NCBI RefSeq assembly: GCF_006345805.1
Contig: NC_043003.1
Location: 31,868,001 to 31,932,000 of the forward strand
Reading direction: 5' to 3'
Length of the DNA stretch: 64,000 nucleotides
DNA from: Octopus sinensis
Taxonomy: Eukaryota
The position numbers and the translations under genes were made by a program. A model generated the notes under the pieces. The model saw nothing but the letters and a program-made list of their open reading frames with translations, had not been told where the DNA came from and ran no database searches. Below, in pieces: positions 12,494 to 24,119 of this stretch. Position 1 is the stretch's first letter. Each line of letters opens with the position of its first letter.

Positions 12494-13329
12494 AACAACT
12501 AACAAGATGAGGACAAATATCCGTCAATTGTAAATAATGTACATAATTCCTCATGTTTTAAATATAGAACTGAACAGGTGTAATCAGCATCTACCATAGA
12601 ATCTAACTTACCCCTTCTTAGGTGCTAAAGCATTTTATATGTCGCAGGGAATACAGAATCGTTACAAACATAAAGAAAATAATTTAAGCGTGAGTATATA
12701 TATTCATTTCTACACAAATTATATTGACGAAACATTCATAAAATATCCAGCAAATACGAAAGAATCGGTAGATTTCGAGTGAATCGAAATTAAAGAATAG
12801 GCATTATTATTGGGGCTTCTACACAGCGGAAGTGAAATATTAATTCAAAAGTAGGGAAGAACTGAGTCCAAATTGCTGTACTCGGTATATAAATTTACGT
12901 ATGTATGTATCAATATTGAGACGCATAGTTGTATGAGAGAGTAGTGGTGCAATTTTGAAATCACGCCAATCTGCAAGAGAAAGTCATGTATAAGGACATT
13001 ACTGTTTCTGAAATGGAAATTGCAACACAATCAGTTTAAAATTTTATATATTAAATCATTTCCCTCTTCTTTGGAAGAATTTGCATTATTCACAAAAGGT
13101 CATATATACAATAAAAAGTGCATGCACGAGTACATACATTTATTAATATATACGTACAACCATTCATATATATATATATATACATACGTACATAAATGCA
13201 TGCGCACACACATATACACAAACACCCACACAGACACATACACACACAAACCTTTTAATTTTTAGTACTGCGGACTACAATGTATTGATCCCAGGAATAT
13301 GGACTGTGATCTTAAATATCATATATATA

Positions 13330-13496
13330 TAGTTCAAATTTATTTTTAAAAAAGACGAAGACGATGTGTTGGAACAACAAGCAAGTGTATTGGTTTCACA
13401 CTCGGGAAAAATGGGTAAGTCTTTTGAGTTTCGGTAGAAAAGAATAACAAGAAATAGAGCATGAAGAAAAAAACGTGTTAAGTTCAGTGGTCCGAT

Positions 13497-13497
<1 letters not shown>
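13330..13497 (-). mobile_element. Decayed PLE-derived repeat, similar in style to 50030-50230
   Basis: aaagacgaagacgatgtgttggaacaacaagcaagtgtattggtttcacactcgggaaa.. adjoining (TA)n; no intact HHR visible. Confidence 0.3.
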
Positions 13498-13527
<30 letters not shown>

Positions 13528-13541
13528 TATATATATAATTG

Positions 13542-13577
<36 letters not shown>

Positions 13578-13617
13578 TATATATATATATATATATTGTA
13601 TGTATATATATATATAT

Positions 13618-13648
<31 letters not shown>

Positions 13649-13681
13649 ATATATATATATATTATATATATATATATATAT

Positions 13682-13730
<49 letters not shown>

Positions 13731-13816
13731 TTGTTATATATATATTGTTATATTTCGGAATGGTCATTTTGCCAGTTTAGCCAATAAAACACACGCACTA
13801 TATATTTGCTGTTACT

Positions 13817-14716
13817 TTGCTTCAGTGTTATTTATTTTTTACATTAATCTTAAACTCAGCCATTGCGGACAATGCAAAATTCAATATTTTGATGGCAGAA
13901 CTCGTCAGAATAATGAGAAATGTGTCACGCATGTGCGAGCCAACAGATTTAAAGAGACACACACAATATTTCATTCACCGCATGCAGTTCTTATGTTACA
14001 GCCATAAAGAAAGGATCAGAGTATACAAAGGAGCCATGAAGAAATTTGATAATATATTATGTAATGATAGGAATGGGATTTGCCCACTCTATAGGAACAA
14101 GTCATGGAACACTATAGTAAGGACAAAAAAGAAAATATGGAAGGCTAACTCTTGGTTTGATAGCCATATATACAAGAGTGTCATGTTCGTTGACACCACC
14201 CCTAGAGGTGAACTGGCGTACCGCTTTAGAAGGACCCCAGACAAACTTAAGCTAAGGATTAAGGTTGTTGAAAAGCCAGGCAACCTTATCGAATCTATAA
14301 TTGGTAGAACCTACCCTTTTAGTAGAACCCCCTGTACGGATAAGTACTGTACTGTATGCAGATTTAGCCCACAAACAAACTGTAAAGCCAGAAATGTAGT
14401 CTATAGTATAAGATGTATAGAGGGACGATGCAGTAACAAGACAACGACATACGAAGGGGAAACGGCAAGAAGCATAGGAGAGCGGGTAAATGTACATTGG
14501 AGACAACTCAAGGAAGGTAAAAGCTCATCGATTCTGTACCAACACGCCGAGCAAGAACACAGGGGATCAATCAACAACATAGAAATTAAAATATTGTCCA
14601 CACATAGAACAGATGCAACAATCAGACAAATTACAGAAGCTACACACATAATAGAAAATAAAACTAGCCTGAATAGAAAACTAGAATGGAACACTAGCAC
14701 ACACCACAACAGATGA
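13817..14716 (+). CDS. PLE ORF C-terminal part: RT thumb, Cys-rich linker and GIY-YIG endonuclease (5'-truncated)
   Basis: [10 protein letters not shown] linker; [42 protein letters not shown]; first ~12 codons come from the inverted repeat. Confidence 0.85.
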   Translation: MLQCYLFFTLILNSAIADNAKFNILMAELVRIMRNVSRMCEPTDLKRHTQYFIHRMQFLCYSHKERIRVYKGAMKKFDNILCNDRNGICPLYRNKSWNTIVRTKKKIWKANSWFDSHIYKSVMFVDTTPRGELAYRFRRTPDKLKLRIKVVEKPGNLIESIIGRTYPFSRTPCTDKYCTVCRFSPQTNCKARNVVYSIRCIEGRCSNKTTTYEGETARSIGERVNVHWRQLKEGKSSSILYQHAEQEHRGSINNIEIKILSTHRTDATIRQITEATHIIENKTSLNRKLEWNTSTHHNR

Positions 14717-15110
14717 CGATAGAGGATCCCGAAAACATAATAAATACACAGATAAATAAACAAATAGAAATAAATAACTATATTATGATTTTTTTCCGAT
14801 TATTATTATTATTACTAGTACATTGTTATACATACATACATATATACATACAAGCATATGTGATGATAATAATAAGTGGATGTAAACACATGAAAAAAAT
14901 AAGAATAAACAAAAACAACAACAAAAACAAATTACATGAACGTATATAAGCAGAAGATACAAATATTAAAGGCACCCCCCCCCACCACACACTAAGTAAA
15001 CATAGACGCACATAGAGATATAAGCATGCGCAAATGAAGACATACAATAGAAATACAAAATGGCTGACGGTTAGTAAGGAGAGACACAAATAAGAAAGAA
15101 GAAAACAAAG

Positions 15111-15154
15111 GACCACTGATGCGGTCACAGGAGTGTGACGAAAGAACTCTGGCC
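15111..15154 (+). ncRNA. Type I hammerhead variant in PLE 3' pseudo-LTR
   Basis: gacca-CTGATGc-g-gtcac-aggagt-gtgac-GAAA-gaac-TC-tggcc; A9C deviation. Confidence 0.65.
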
Positions 15155-15326
15155 GAAATAAGATTAAGATTAATGTAAAAAATAAATAACACTGAAGCAA
15201 AGTAACACCAAATATATAGTGCGTGTGTTCTTATTGGCTAAACTGGCAAAATGACCATTCCGAAATATAACAATATCTGTTTCAACACACGACTTCACAT
15301 AAAAAATCTTGCACAACACATATTTA

Positions 15327-15370
<44 letters not shown>

Positions 15371-15371
<1 letters not shown>

Positions 15372-15575
15372 AAATTAAATTAGAGGTAAAACCCACTATT
15401 AGGCAAATCAAACAGTGAAAAACATAAACCAAAACACAGAAATAAAATAAAAATATTGATTTGCCTAATAGTGGTTTTATCTTTAATTTAATTTATATTT
15501 ATACTGTAAAATTGGATTAATCCTAATCTAATTTTTGCCGGTAAGTTTGATTTATTCCCTAATATTATTATAAGA
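15371..15575. mobile_element. Short PLE-like terminus with inverted repeat in (TA)n
   Basis: taaattaaattagaggtaaaacccactattaggcaaatcaa (15371-15411) inverted at ~15456-15495. Confidence 0.55.
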
Positions 15576-15645
15576 TATACACAAAAAACAAAATAATATT
15601 ATATATATATACACATATACATGCATATATGTATATATATACTAC

Positions 15646-15697
<52 letters not shown>

Positions 15698-15709
15698 TAT
15701 ATATATATA

Positions 15710-15880
15710 TTCTCAATTTAGGTTAGTTGAAAAACTAAAGGTAAATAGACTGCTAAAGGTAAATAGACTGCTGTTACGGTGGAGACAAAATCTCTCTTAT
15801 AGTAAAAAGGCGTGAATACCCTATTTGTGAAAATATCCTGAACGTGATGTTTTCACACGTTTTTACCATAAGAGAAATTT
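15710..15880. repeat. Short inverted-repeat insert with an 18-bp tandem duplication, in (TA)n
   Basis: tctcttatagtaaaaaggcgtg vs cacgtttttaccataagaga; (taaaggtaaatagactgc)x2. Confidence 0.5.
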
Positions 15881-16706
15881 ATATATATATATATATATAT
15901 TAATATATATTATATATATAAAGATATATGAGTTAGTATATATGTATAGGCCTGAAATGACCATCTAATCGCACATAAAATTGTGCGTCTCATTGAGTGG
16001 GCTTGTGTGAGGTATTAAGCATGGATATATTCACATTTATGCGTGTATATACGCGGGCTTACGCCACTTGGGATAGAAAGTGTTTGTGAGAGAACGACAA
16101 TGAGGGATGAAGTGAGATAGACATATTCGCTGACACACATATGCCATACATTTTCGCTGATAATATAAAAATAATAGAAAACAAATGATGAATAGGAAAC
16201 ACATCAACTTATTCACCAACTTATAATTTAATTTGGCTCTTTTTGTTACGTAGGAATAGGACATTGTATGATTAAAAGCTCATCCTTATTCTACATTACT
16301 ATAGAACATAGAAAGTATTGATTTTGTCTACTTTTCAGAGCTGATTAAATTTATTTCAAATATTATCGAATTTTCTTGAGATGTATTCAATAACTACACA
16401 TATTTAGTAGATTGTAACTAGTCGCCTCTCACAAATAGAGTTATGTGTGTTTTAGTAATGAAATAATATATGAGAAAAAGATGGTTAAAACAATTTACCA
16501 GAAGAAACATTTTACGCCAATATAGTTTAGTATCATAAATCAAAATTCTCATATATAACGAAACATATACGTCGAAAATAAGAGAAAATGCCTGAGCAAT
16601 GTAAATTTGCTATTTATTCACTCGCACTGCAATTTCTGAATTGCTAATGAGTTCATATATATCAGCAAATGAAGAATACACACACACACACACACACACA
16701 CCATAT

Positions 16707-16743
<37 letters not shown>

Positions 16744-16780
16744 TACTACATACATACAGTATAATAGATGCATCATACAT

Positions 16781-16813
<33 letters not shown>

Positions 16814-16824
16814 GTAATATACAT

Positions 16825-17229
16825 AGACGCAGGAGTGGCTGTGTGGTAAGTAGCTTGCTAACCAACCACATAGTTCCGGGTTCAGTTGGAACCACTTGGG
16901 CAAGTGTCTTCTGCTATAGCCCCGGCCGACCAATGTCTTGTGTGTGGATTTGGTACCCGCAAACTGAAAGAAGCCTGTCCTATATATGTATATATATATA
17001 TATGTGGTGTGTGTTGTGTGGTCTGTGTTTTCCCCCTAGCATTGCTTGACAACCGATGCTGGTGTGTTTACGTCCCCGTCACTTAGCGGTTCGGCCAAAG
17101 AGACGATAGAATAAGTACTGGGCTTACAAAGAATAAGTTCCGGGGTCGATTTGCTGGACTAAAGGCGGTGCTCCAGCATGGCCGCAGTCATAGGAGTGAA
17201 GCAAGTAAAAGAGTAAAAGAGTAAAGAGA
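16825..17229 (+). mobile_element. Composite tRNA-derived SINE with internal microsatellite and LINE-like 3' tail
   Basis: gcaggagtggctgtgtggtaag head, ttgggcaagtgtcttctgctatagc core, tail ggcggtgctccagcatggccgcag..(gtaaaaga)n; copies at 50320-50525 (-) and ~58520-58700 (-). Confidence 0.85.
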
Positions 17230-17640
17230 ATATGCATACATACATACATACATACATACAAACATACATACATACAAACATACATACATACATACAAACA
17301 TACATACATACATACATACATACATACATACATACGTACATACATACATACATGCATAATTCATACATACATTCATACATATATGTAAATATATGCAACA
17401 AATATTCAGGATTGAATAATTTATGTAGATACTGATATTAGTATAATTATCGAAGGCAAAATAAACAAGTGGTAATAACAGCGACAATTATATAGATGGT
17501 TTAAAAGTGAGTTTTTCACTCATTTCAAGCCGGTAGACGTAAAAGTGCGTCCTTATGATTATTATATGCAAATATACATACATTAACACACAACACTCAC
17601 ACACAAACACACACTAGTATTATATATATATATATATATA

Positions 17641-17683
<43 letters not shown>

Positions 17684-17849
17684 TGTATGTGTGTGTGTGT
17701 GTTTGTGTGTATGTACACATGTGTGTGCAATCCGAAGAGTTTTATGAGCATATATGGATATATACATATATGCATATTAAATATAAGTACATATATTTGT
17801 GTGGCGTATATATATATATCTATATATATATATAATATATATATATATA

Positions 17850-17894
<45 letters not shown>

Positions 17895-18165
17895 AGATAT
17901 TAGTGTTTACAATAATATGAAGTGGCATAGCATGCGTAAAAAAATTATTAATCGCAAAATGAAAAACTAGACATACCCGTAGCGTTACGATTTCAAACTT
18001 CGTAAAAATGCCAACGGTTGCTGTAATCGTCTTCTAACTGCTTTTTGTAGAGAATTGGTGCTATTTGTAGTACTATTAATGATATATCTATATATCTATA
18101 TCTATCTATCAATATCTATCTATCTATCTATATATCCATCTATCCATCCATCCATCCATCCATCC

Positions 18166-18232
<67 letters not shown>

Positions 18233-18281
18233 AATCTATCTATCTATCTATCTATTTATCTATCTATCTATATATCTATCC

Positions 18282-18369
<88 letters not shown>

Positions 18370-18659
18370 GTCTGTCTGTCTATATATATAATATATATTA
18401 CTTAATCATTACTTAATATTTAGTATACATTTTTATCGTATATTTAATTTTTCTATAGGATGTATTTTTTTCTAAATGGTATAATTTAATTTTTTCATTG
18501 TTGAATTGATAAAAGGGTTGTTTTTTCTAATGTAAATATATGTATATATATATATATATAAATATATATATAATATATATATATATATTATATATATATA
18601 ATATATATATATATATATTATATATATATAAGATATATATATATATATATAAATATATA

Positions 18660-19520
18660 TTATAAAAAGGCTTAGTTAAATAAATTACTTTGCCGCATAC
18701 TGAACTCATTAGAAATAGTAGCTAAAAAACTTTTTTAAAACTATTTCTAATACTTAAAGAAACCCTCTCTCATATAGTGTTTGCTCAATTCAACTCACGA
18801 AAGTATGGGGGTAAAGACATTAAAAAAATCAAATGCAAAGGTATTTGAGAACGTACGTTTCAAGATTAGTCAACTCGACAGTTCTATCATCAGCTCAGAA
18901 CTCCTGGTTTGGATTTGAAAAACTGAAAGTGGGAGCATACCTTCGGCTTCTTATCGTTCTGAAGATCTGCTCGAAACTAACATGCCAGCAATCAAATATG
19001 CAAGCGAAGATTTCTGCTCTCCCCTTTCCACCAGAGTGGGTTAAAATCAGCAAACACTATGCTTTTTTCGGTAAAATCGAGGCAGTAAAATAGAGAGAGA
19101 TGAATTATCATTTCAACAATTGAGGGTAAAATTAATTAATTATAATCAATTTCACCAAGTATTCAGTATGCAAAGGGACCATTTAAGGCGAATTCAAATT
19201 ATTACATTATATAAAAGGGCTTAGTAAATAAATTACTTTGCCGCATAATGAACTCATTAGAAATAGTAGCAAAAAAATTTTTTAAAACTATTTCTAATCT
19301 TAAAGAAAAAAGCATAGTGTTTGCTGATTTAACCATCGTGGTGGAAACGGAGAGAGCAGAAATCTTCGCTTGCATATTTGAGTTGCTGGCACTGTTAGTT
19401 TCGAGCAGATCTTCAGAAGCGATAAGAAGCCGAAAGGGTATGCCCCCACTTTCAGTGTTTTCAAATCCAAACCAAGGAGTTCTGAGCTGATGATAGAAAT
19501 GTCGATTGATAATCTTGAAA
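18660..19520 (-). mobile_element. Non-coding PLE-like insertion with tandem and inverted segments
   Basis: 18660-18760 repeated at ~19208-19308; 18858-19068 inverted at ~19305-19520; HHR at 18846-18897. Confidence 0.75.
18846..18897 (-). ncRNA. Type I hammerhead with palindromic stem III
   Basis: tgag-CTGATGA-taga..gtcgagttgac..tctt-GAAAC-gtac-GTT-ctca; stem II weak. Confidence 0.7.
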
Positions 19521-19702
19521 TTTTCGCTTAACGACAACCCGCGTAGTGAGGTCTATGTATGCTACATATCCAGGAAACCGTTTATATAGCCTATGACACG
19601 TGAAGGACCTTTCAGTTTTGAATATTTAATACATATATATATATATATATATATATATCTATATACATAATTATATATATACATATATATATATATACAT
19701 AG

Positions 19703-19738
<36 letters not shown>

Positions 19739-20551
19739 ACATACATATGTACACATACATAACATACTCACATTCACGCACATACACACACAGACATATA
19801 TATGTATTATAATTTATGTCATGTAGTAAGAGCCGAATTTTGAGTAAATTACATAATAGCGTACAAGAAATTTATAACAAATATTAAGTTAACAAAGAAA
19901 GATTCTGGTATATAATAACCATGAAAGACGTGCTATGACTAAATCCCAGAGGGAGTTACTGAGAATAACGACTGCAAAATCCTGTAAAATGCGACGATTC
20001 GGTGTGTCCATCATCTTAAACTATGAAAACCTGACATTGCTGTAATGAATATACAAAAAGATTATATTAAAATGAATAAAGCCATGGATAATCGACATAA
20101 CATGTGCTGGTTGCAGTAGGATTGAAGAAAAAGAAAGAGAAAAAAGAGAGGACAACTAGGATGTACTGAAGCGGAAAAAACGCTTGATGAGGGCAATTAA
20201 ACATATGGGCGTAATACCGATATTCATTAGCGCACTTCGAAGTATCAATATCCAACTACCAACATGGTTCGAAAAGATTGGTACCATTGTAAATATATAA
20301 CACATATAAGAATGTTCATTGATTGGAACTGCAGGGAGTCCTCCGCAAGGTTATTGATTCGTGATCAGTAAACAAGTATCACCTTAAATTACTGGCCATG
20401 GACGGCTGACGAATTCAATCATACCAGGCAAAATAAAGCTGAGATTCTCATGATACTACTACTACTACTACATACTACTACTACTACTACTACTACTACT
20501 ATACTAATATAATAAAATAATAATAATAATATATAATAATAAGAATAATAA

Positions 20552-20590
<39 letters not shown>

Positions 20591-20629
20591 TAATATAATA
20601 ATAATAATAATTACATTCATAATAATAAT

Positions 20630-20841
20630 CCTTTCTATTATAGGTACAAGGCCTGAAATTCGGGGGGAGGGGCAAGTCGATTAGATCGACCGTAGTACAC
20701 AACTGGTACTTAATTTATCGACTCTAAAAGGATGGAAGGCAAAGTCGACCTCGGCGAAATTTGGACTCAGAACGTACAGGCGAAGTAAATGCCGGTAAAC
20801 GTTTTGCCCGTCATGCTAACGATTCTGCCAGCACGACGCCT
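20630..20841 (-). mobile_element. SINE with Meta/MESC-like central domain
   Basis: Reverse complement of gctggcagaatcgttagc..gtcgactttgccttccatcc..gtcgataaattaagtaccag; further copies at 34120-34330, 35844-36058, 36810-37240, 43597-43780, 51868-52075. Confidence 0.8.
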
Positions 20842-20906
20842 TTAATAATACAATAGTAATAATAATAATAATAATATAATAATAATAATAATAGTAATAA
20901 TAATAA

Positions 20907-20987
<81 letters not shown>

Positions 20988-22110
20988 TTCCATAGGCCAC
21001 GAGGGCCAAAAACAAAACAGGACGATACACAGACGAGAGACAGTGAAGTTAAATGTGTAAACAGCAAACAAACACAACGATTAACAAAGAAATTAAATCA
21101 ACAGTATGCTCCCCCAACAGGGGGGAGTTCCACTGTAAGGTGACCAAAGAGACCTCACGCACTTTGAACTTCTTAACATCAAAAGCTCCTCTCTTCTCCT
21201 TTCCTTCCTGCCTACAAGAGCACACTAAGAGCAGGCACATTCACGTGGACCATTCTTTGCACAGTCAGCCTCCTTTCAACGAACTTACTGGGTGACAATA
21301 CCTCTCTCTCAGGCCTCATTTTCGTTTTCAGGTAGATCCTGAAAAATTCAAAGAGTCCTTGGCCAAAGAGAAAGGTACCAGTCTTCAACTCATTCAATCG
21401 CATCCACTACACAACCGCTGTTACCATAGCCCCAAGACAGAGAGAAATTGCCCTCCCTTCACGGCCATAGGAAGGAGTCAGAGCGAACTTCACAATGGTC
21501 TGGGGCGATAGTCAGATCCATCCTACATGTGACAATAACTGCTCGACAAATTTCCACAAGTCAGCCATATACGGACGCTGCACGGGAGCATGCAGAACGG
21601 TCTCATCGCTCCGCGTGTATCTCGGATAAGCCTAACTGACTGCACACTCGTATCTGTAGAGTTTATCTCAAACCGATAGCGCACCCTCGGTAGCACAGCT
21701 AGGCCAAAGAGTTTTGGAAGTTACCCATTCTTACGTGCCCGAAAGTCCTCCGGAAGAGACCAGCCGGTTGATCCCCTCCAATGTCAGGGACCTCTCCGAG
21801 TACGTCGTCGTTCTTGCCTACCAGTTATCCCCTATAGAACTCCAAGGTGGAACTTCACCGACCGCATTGCTCGATTACCCGAGGCTGTAAGCGTTTCGAG
21901 ACACTCTTGGTGCCAAGCGCCATCATTCGGTCTACTGTCAAGGATATGAGCTGCGGAAAAGCGCGTTCAACAAACAGTGACCCCATCTGCTCACCGTTAA
22001 GATATCGCTGGAGATGTCACAGCCTCGGCGCATCCTCAGCAACGACATGCCAATCCTCCAGGAAATGAGTGCTGACAAGCGGTACATGTTCCCTCTACAA
22101 GAAGCGGAAG
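20988..22110 (-). mobile_element. Decayed L1/Tx1-type LINE 3' fragment
   Basis: Minus translation FQNSLA*LCYRG..V*DKLYRY..PR..SDETVLHA (zf-RVT-like) followed by ORF 21212-21403; 3' end abuts (TAA)n. Confidence 0.65.
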
Positions 22111-22169
22111 TGCAAATGCAATAATGATAATCAAAGACTAACTAGTGCAATAATAATAATGATAATCAG

Positions 22170-23574
22170 CTTTAGAATGAAGGAATGGAAAGTAGATGTC
22201 TCCTCGGGTGACAAACATTTAGTTAATATTAAGGAAGGAATTTTCCAGGTGTCTTGTTGCTCCTTTTAATATTTGTTTTATGTTTGATCCCTTCAGTTTA
22301 ATATTAAGAAAGACAAAGGCAGAGTATGAGTTCAGAAGTAGTAAGTGTAAAATTAACCATTTGCTCGACATCGATGATCTGAAGCTTTTTAGTAAGAATG
22401 AAAAAGGGATAGATTCCTTAATACAGACTGTATGATTCTTCAACAAAAATAGAGGCATGGAATTTGGGATAGGTAAATGTGCAATATTAATCATGAAAGG
22501 GGAACGGTAATTTAACAGTGAAGGCAGCCAATTACCAGATGGCAAGGCTCGAAGACCATAGAAAGGCGTGAGAGTTATAAGTATCTAGGAAGGAGTATTA
22601 GAATCTGACAGCGTACTAACTAGAGACATGAAACAGAAAATGGAGGAGTACATCAGAAGGGTGAGGAAGTTAATGAAATCAAAACCAAATGGTCCGAGTC
22701 TAGTGAAGGCTGTGAATACTTAGGCAGTATCATTATTTAAATACACAGCAACTTTTGTAGATTGGACGAAAACTGAATTGGCAAAGCCGGAGAAAAGAGC
22801 TATGACGGAATTCAATATGGATGGAGGACCACGTAAGGGCAGGAGTAGTAAGATTATACTTACATAGAAAGGAAGTCGGAATATGGTAGCTTTCAGTAGA
22901 AGACTGCATGGAGTTAGCTAGAGTAGATATAGCCTCCTATGTTGTTAATAGTGAAGAAAGTTTATTAAAAGCTGCTACAGTCACAAGACACCAAAAATCC
23001 AAAGGAAATTAAAAACTAGGAAAAAGAATAAAAGTTATCTAACTGGGAGGAGAATTCGTCGCATGGTAGATTCCCAAAGATAATTGCAGCAACTTGTAGT
23101 AAAACATGGTTATGTTTGCAGAAAGGAAGGCTAAAAAGGGAGACAGGAAGTTTGTTAGTAGCTGCATAAGATTAAGCATTAAGGATTTATTGGAAAATAC
23201 CCAATATAGACAAAACCAAGTAGATTCCCATTGTAGGCTATACAAAGCAAAAGAGGAAAACGTTACTCATATAGTAAGCGAGTATAGTATGAGAGAACAG
23301 AAAGAATAGAAGAAACGACATGACATCACAGGAAAAGTAATCCACAGGGACTTACGCAGAAAGCTAGGATTTGAACATAATGATAAATGTTATGGACATG
23401 AACCTAGTACTGTACAACAAGGTAAGAAATATAAGATGTCAGATTTTAACGTTCATCCTTACAGAGTAATAGGAGCTAGAAAACCTGATTTAGTAGTAGT
23501 AGTAGTAGTAGTGGGTGGGGTAGTAGTAGTGGTGGTGGTGGTGATGGGGTGGATGTGGTAGTAGTAGTATTAAC

Positions 23575-23605
<31 letters not shown>

Positions 23606-23671
23606 TAGTAGTAGTAGTATTAGGAGTAGTAGTATTAGTAGTAGTAGTAGTAGTAGTAGTAGTAGAAGTCA

Positions 23672-23731
<60 letters not shown>

Positions 23732-24076
23732 ATAAATAGAATAGAAAGTGTCAGGTAATTGACTTTAAGATCTCAAACAAAGGAAAAACCAATATTAGAG
23801 GTATAGAAAGAATAGCAAATGTACCTGGACCTAGCCATTGAATTACATAGACTATGGAAAGTGCGGGAAAAATGTATCCCAGCACTTATAGATGCATTGA
23901 GACCTACCCCTAAAGATTTAAACAAATGGATAGAGGAAATAGGCATAAAAACAAGTTTAGTACAGCTCCTGAAAACAGAACTGTTTTGCACAGCTAGGAT
24001 ACATGGGAAGGTTCTTCGCATCTAAAGTTAATTATTGTAGCCCGTTATTTGCATTATTTCTTTTCCAACAAAGTGC

Positions 24077-24077
<1 letters not shown>
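22170..24077 (+). pseudogene. Decayed R4/Dong-like RLE LINE (RT C-half plus RLE endonuclease), copy A
   Basis: NIKEGIFQ, INHLL..DDLKLF, GMEFGIGKC, YKYLG, CRL..ENVTHIVS, RHD, KPDLVVV, YLDLAIELHRLW; many stops and frameshifts. Confidence 0.8.
23490..23730 (+). repeat. (GTA)n microsatellite inside the LINE endonuclease coding region
   Basis: aaacctgattta-(gta)n-gataaatagaatagaaagtgtcaggtaattgac = KPDL(V)n DK*NRKCQVID. Confidence 0.85.

Positions 24078-24119
<42 letters not shown>

Larger units (their letters stand above)
11973..12572. mobile_element. Head-to-head inverted dimer of a tRNA-headed, hammerhead-containing non-autonomous retroelement
   Basis: Arms 11973-12245 (-) and 12248-12572 (+); each has tRNA-like head, (AAT)n, body, HHR and tail gaggacaaatat..gtaaataat. 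Confidence 0.85.
13742..15320 (+). mobile_element. 5'-truncated Penelope-like retroelement with inverted 3' pseudo-LTR segment
   Basis: 112-bp inverted repeat 13742-13853 vs 15164-15276; GIY-YIG ORF; HHR-like motif at 15111-15154; (TA)n on both sides. Confidence 0.9.

Noticed and set aside
17960-18090. Helitron-like CTAG end with hairpin (similar hairpin at 33371-33401)
   Set aside because: Other terminus not identifiable; too short to support
18955-18990. ctgaaga-tctgctc-gaaac hammerhead-like string
   Set aside because: No pairable stem II and no NUH plus stem I
19483-19525. Second copy of the 18.8-kb hammerhead
   Set aside because: Truncated right after GAAA; cleavage site and stem I partner are missing
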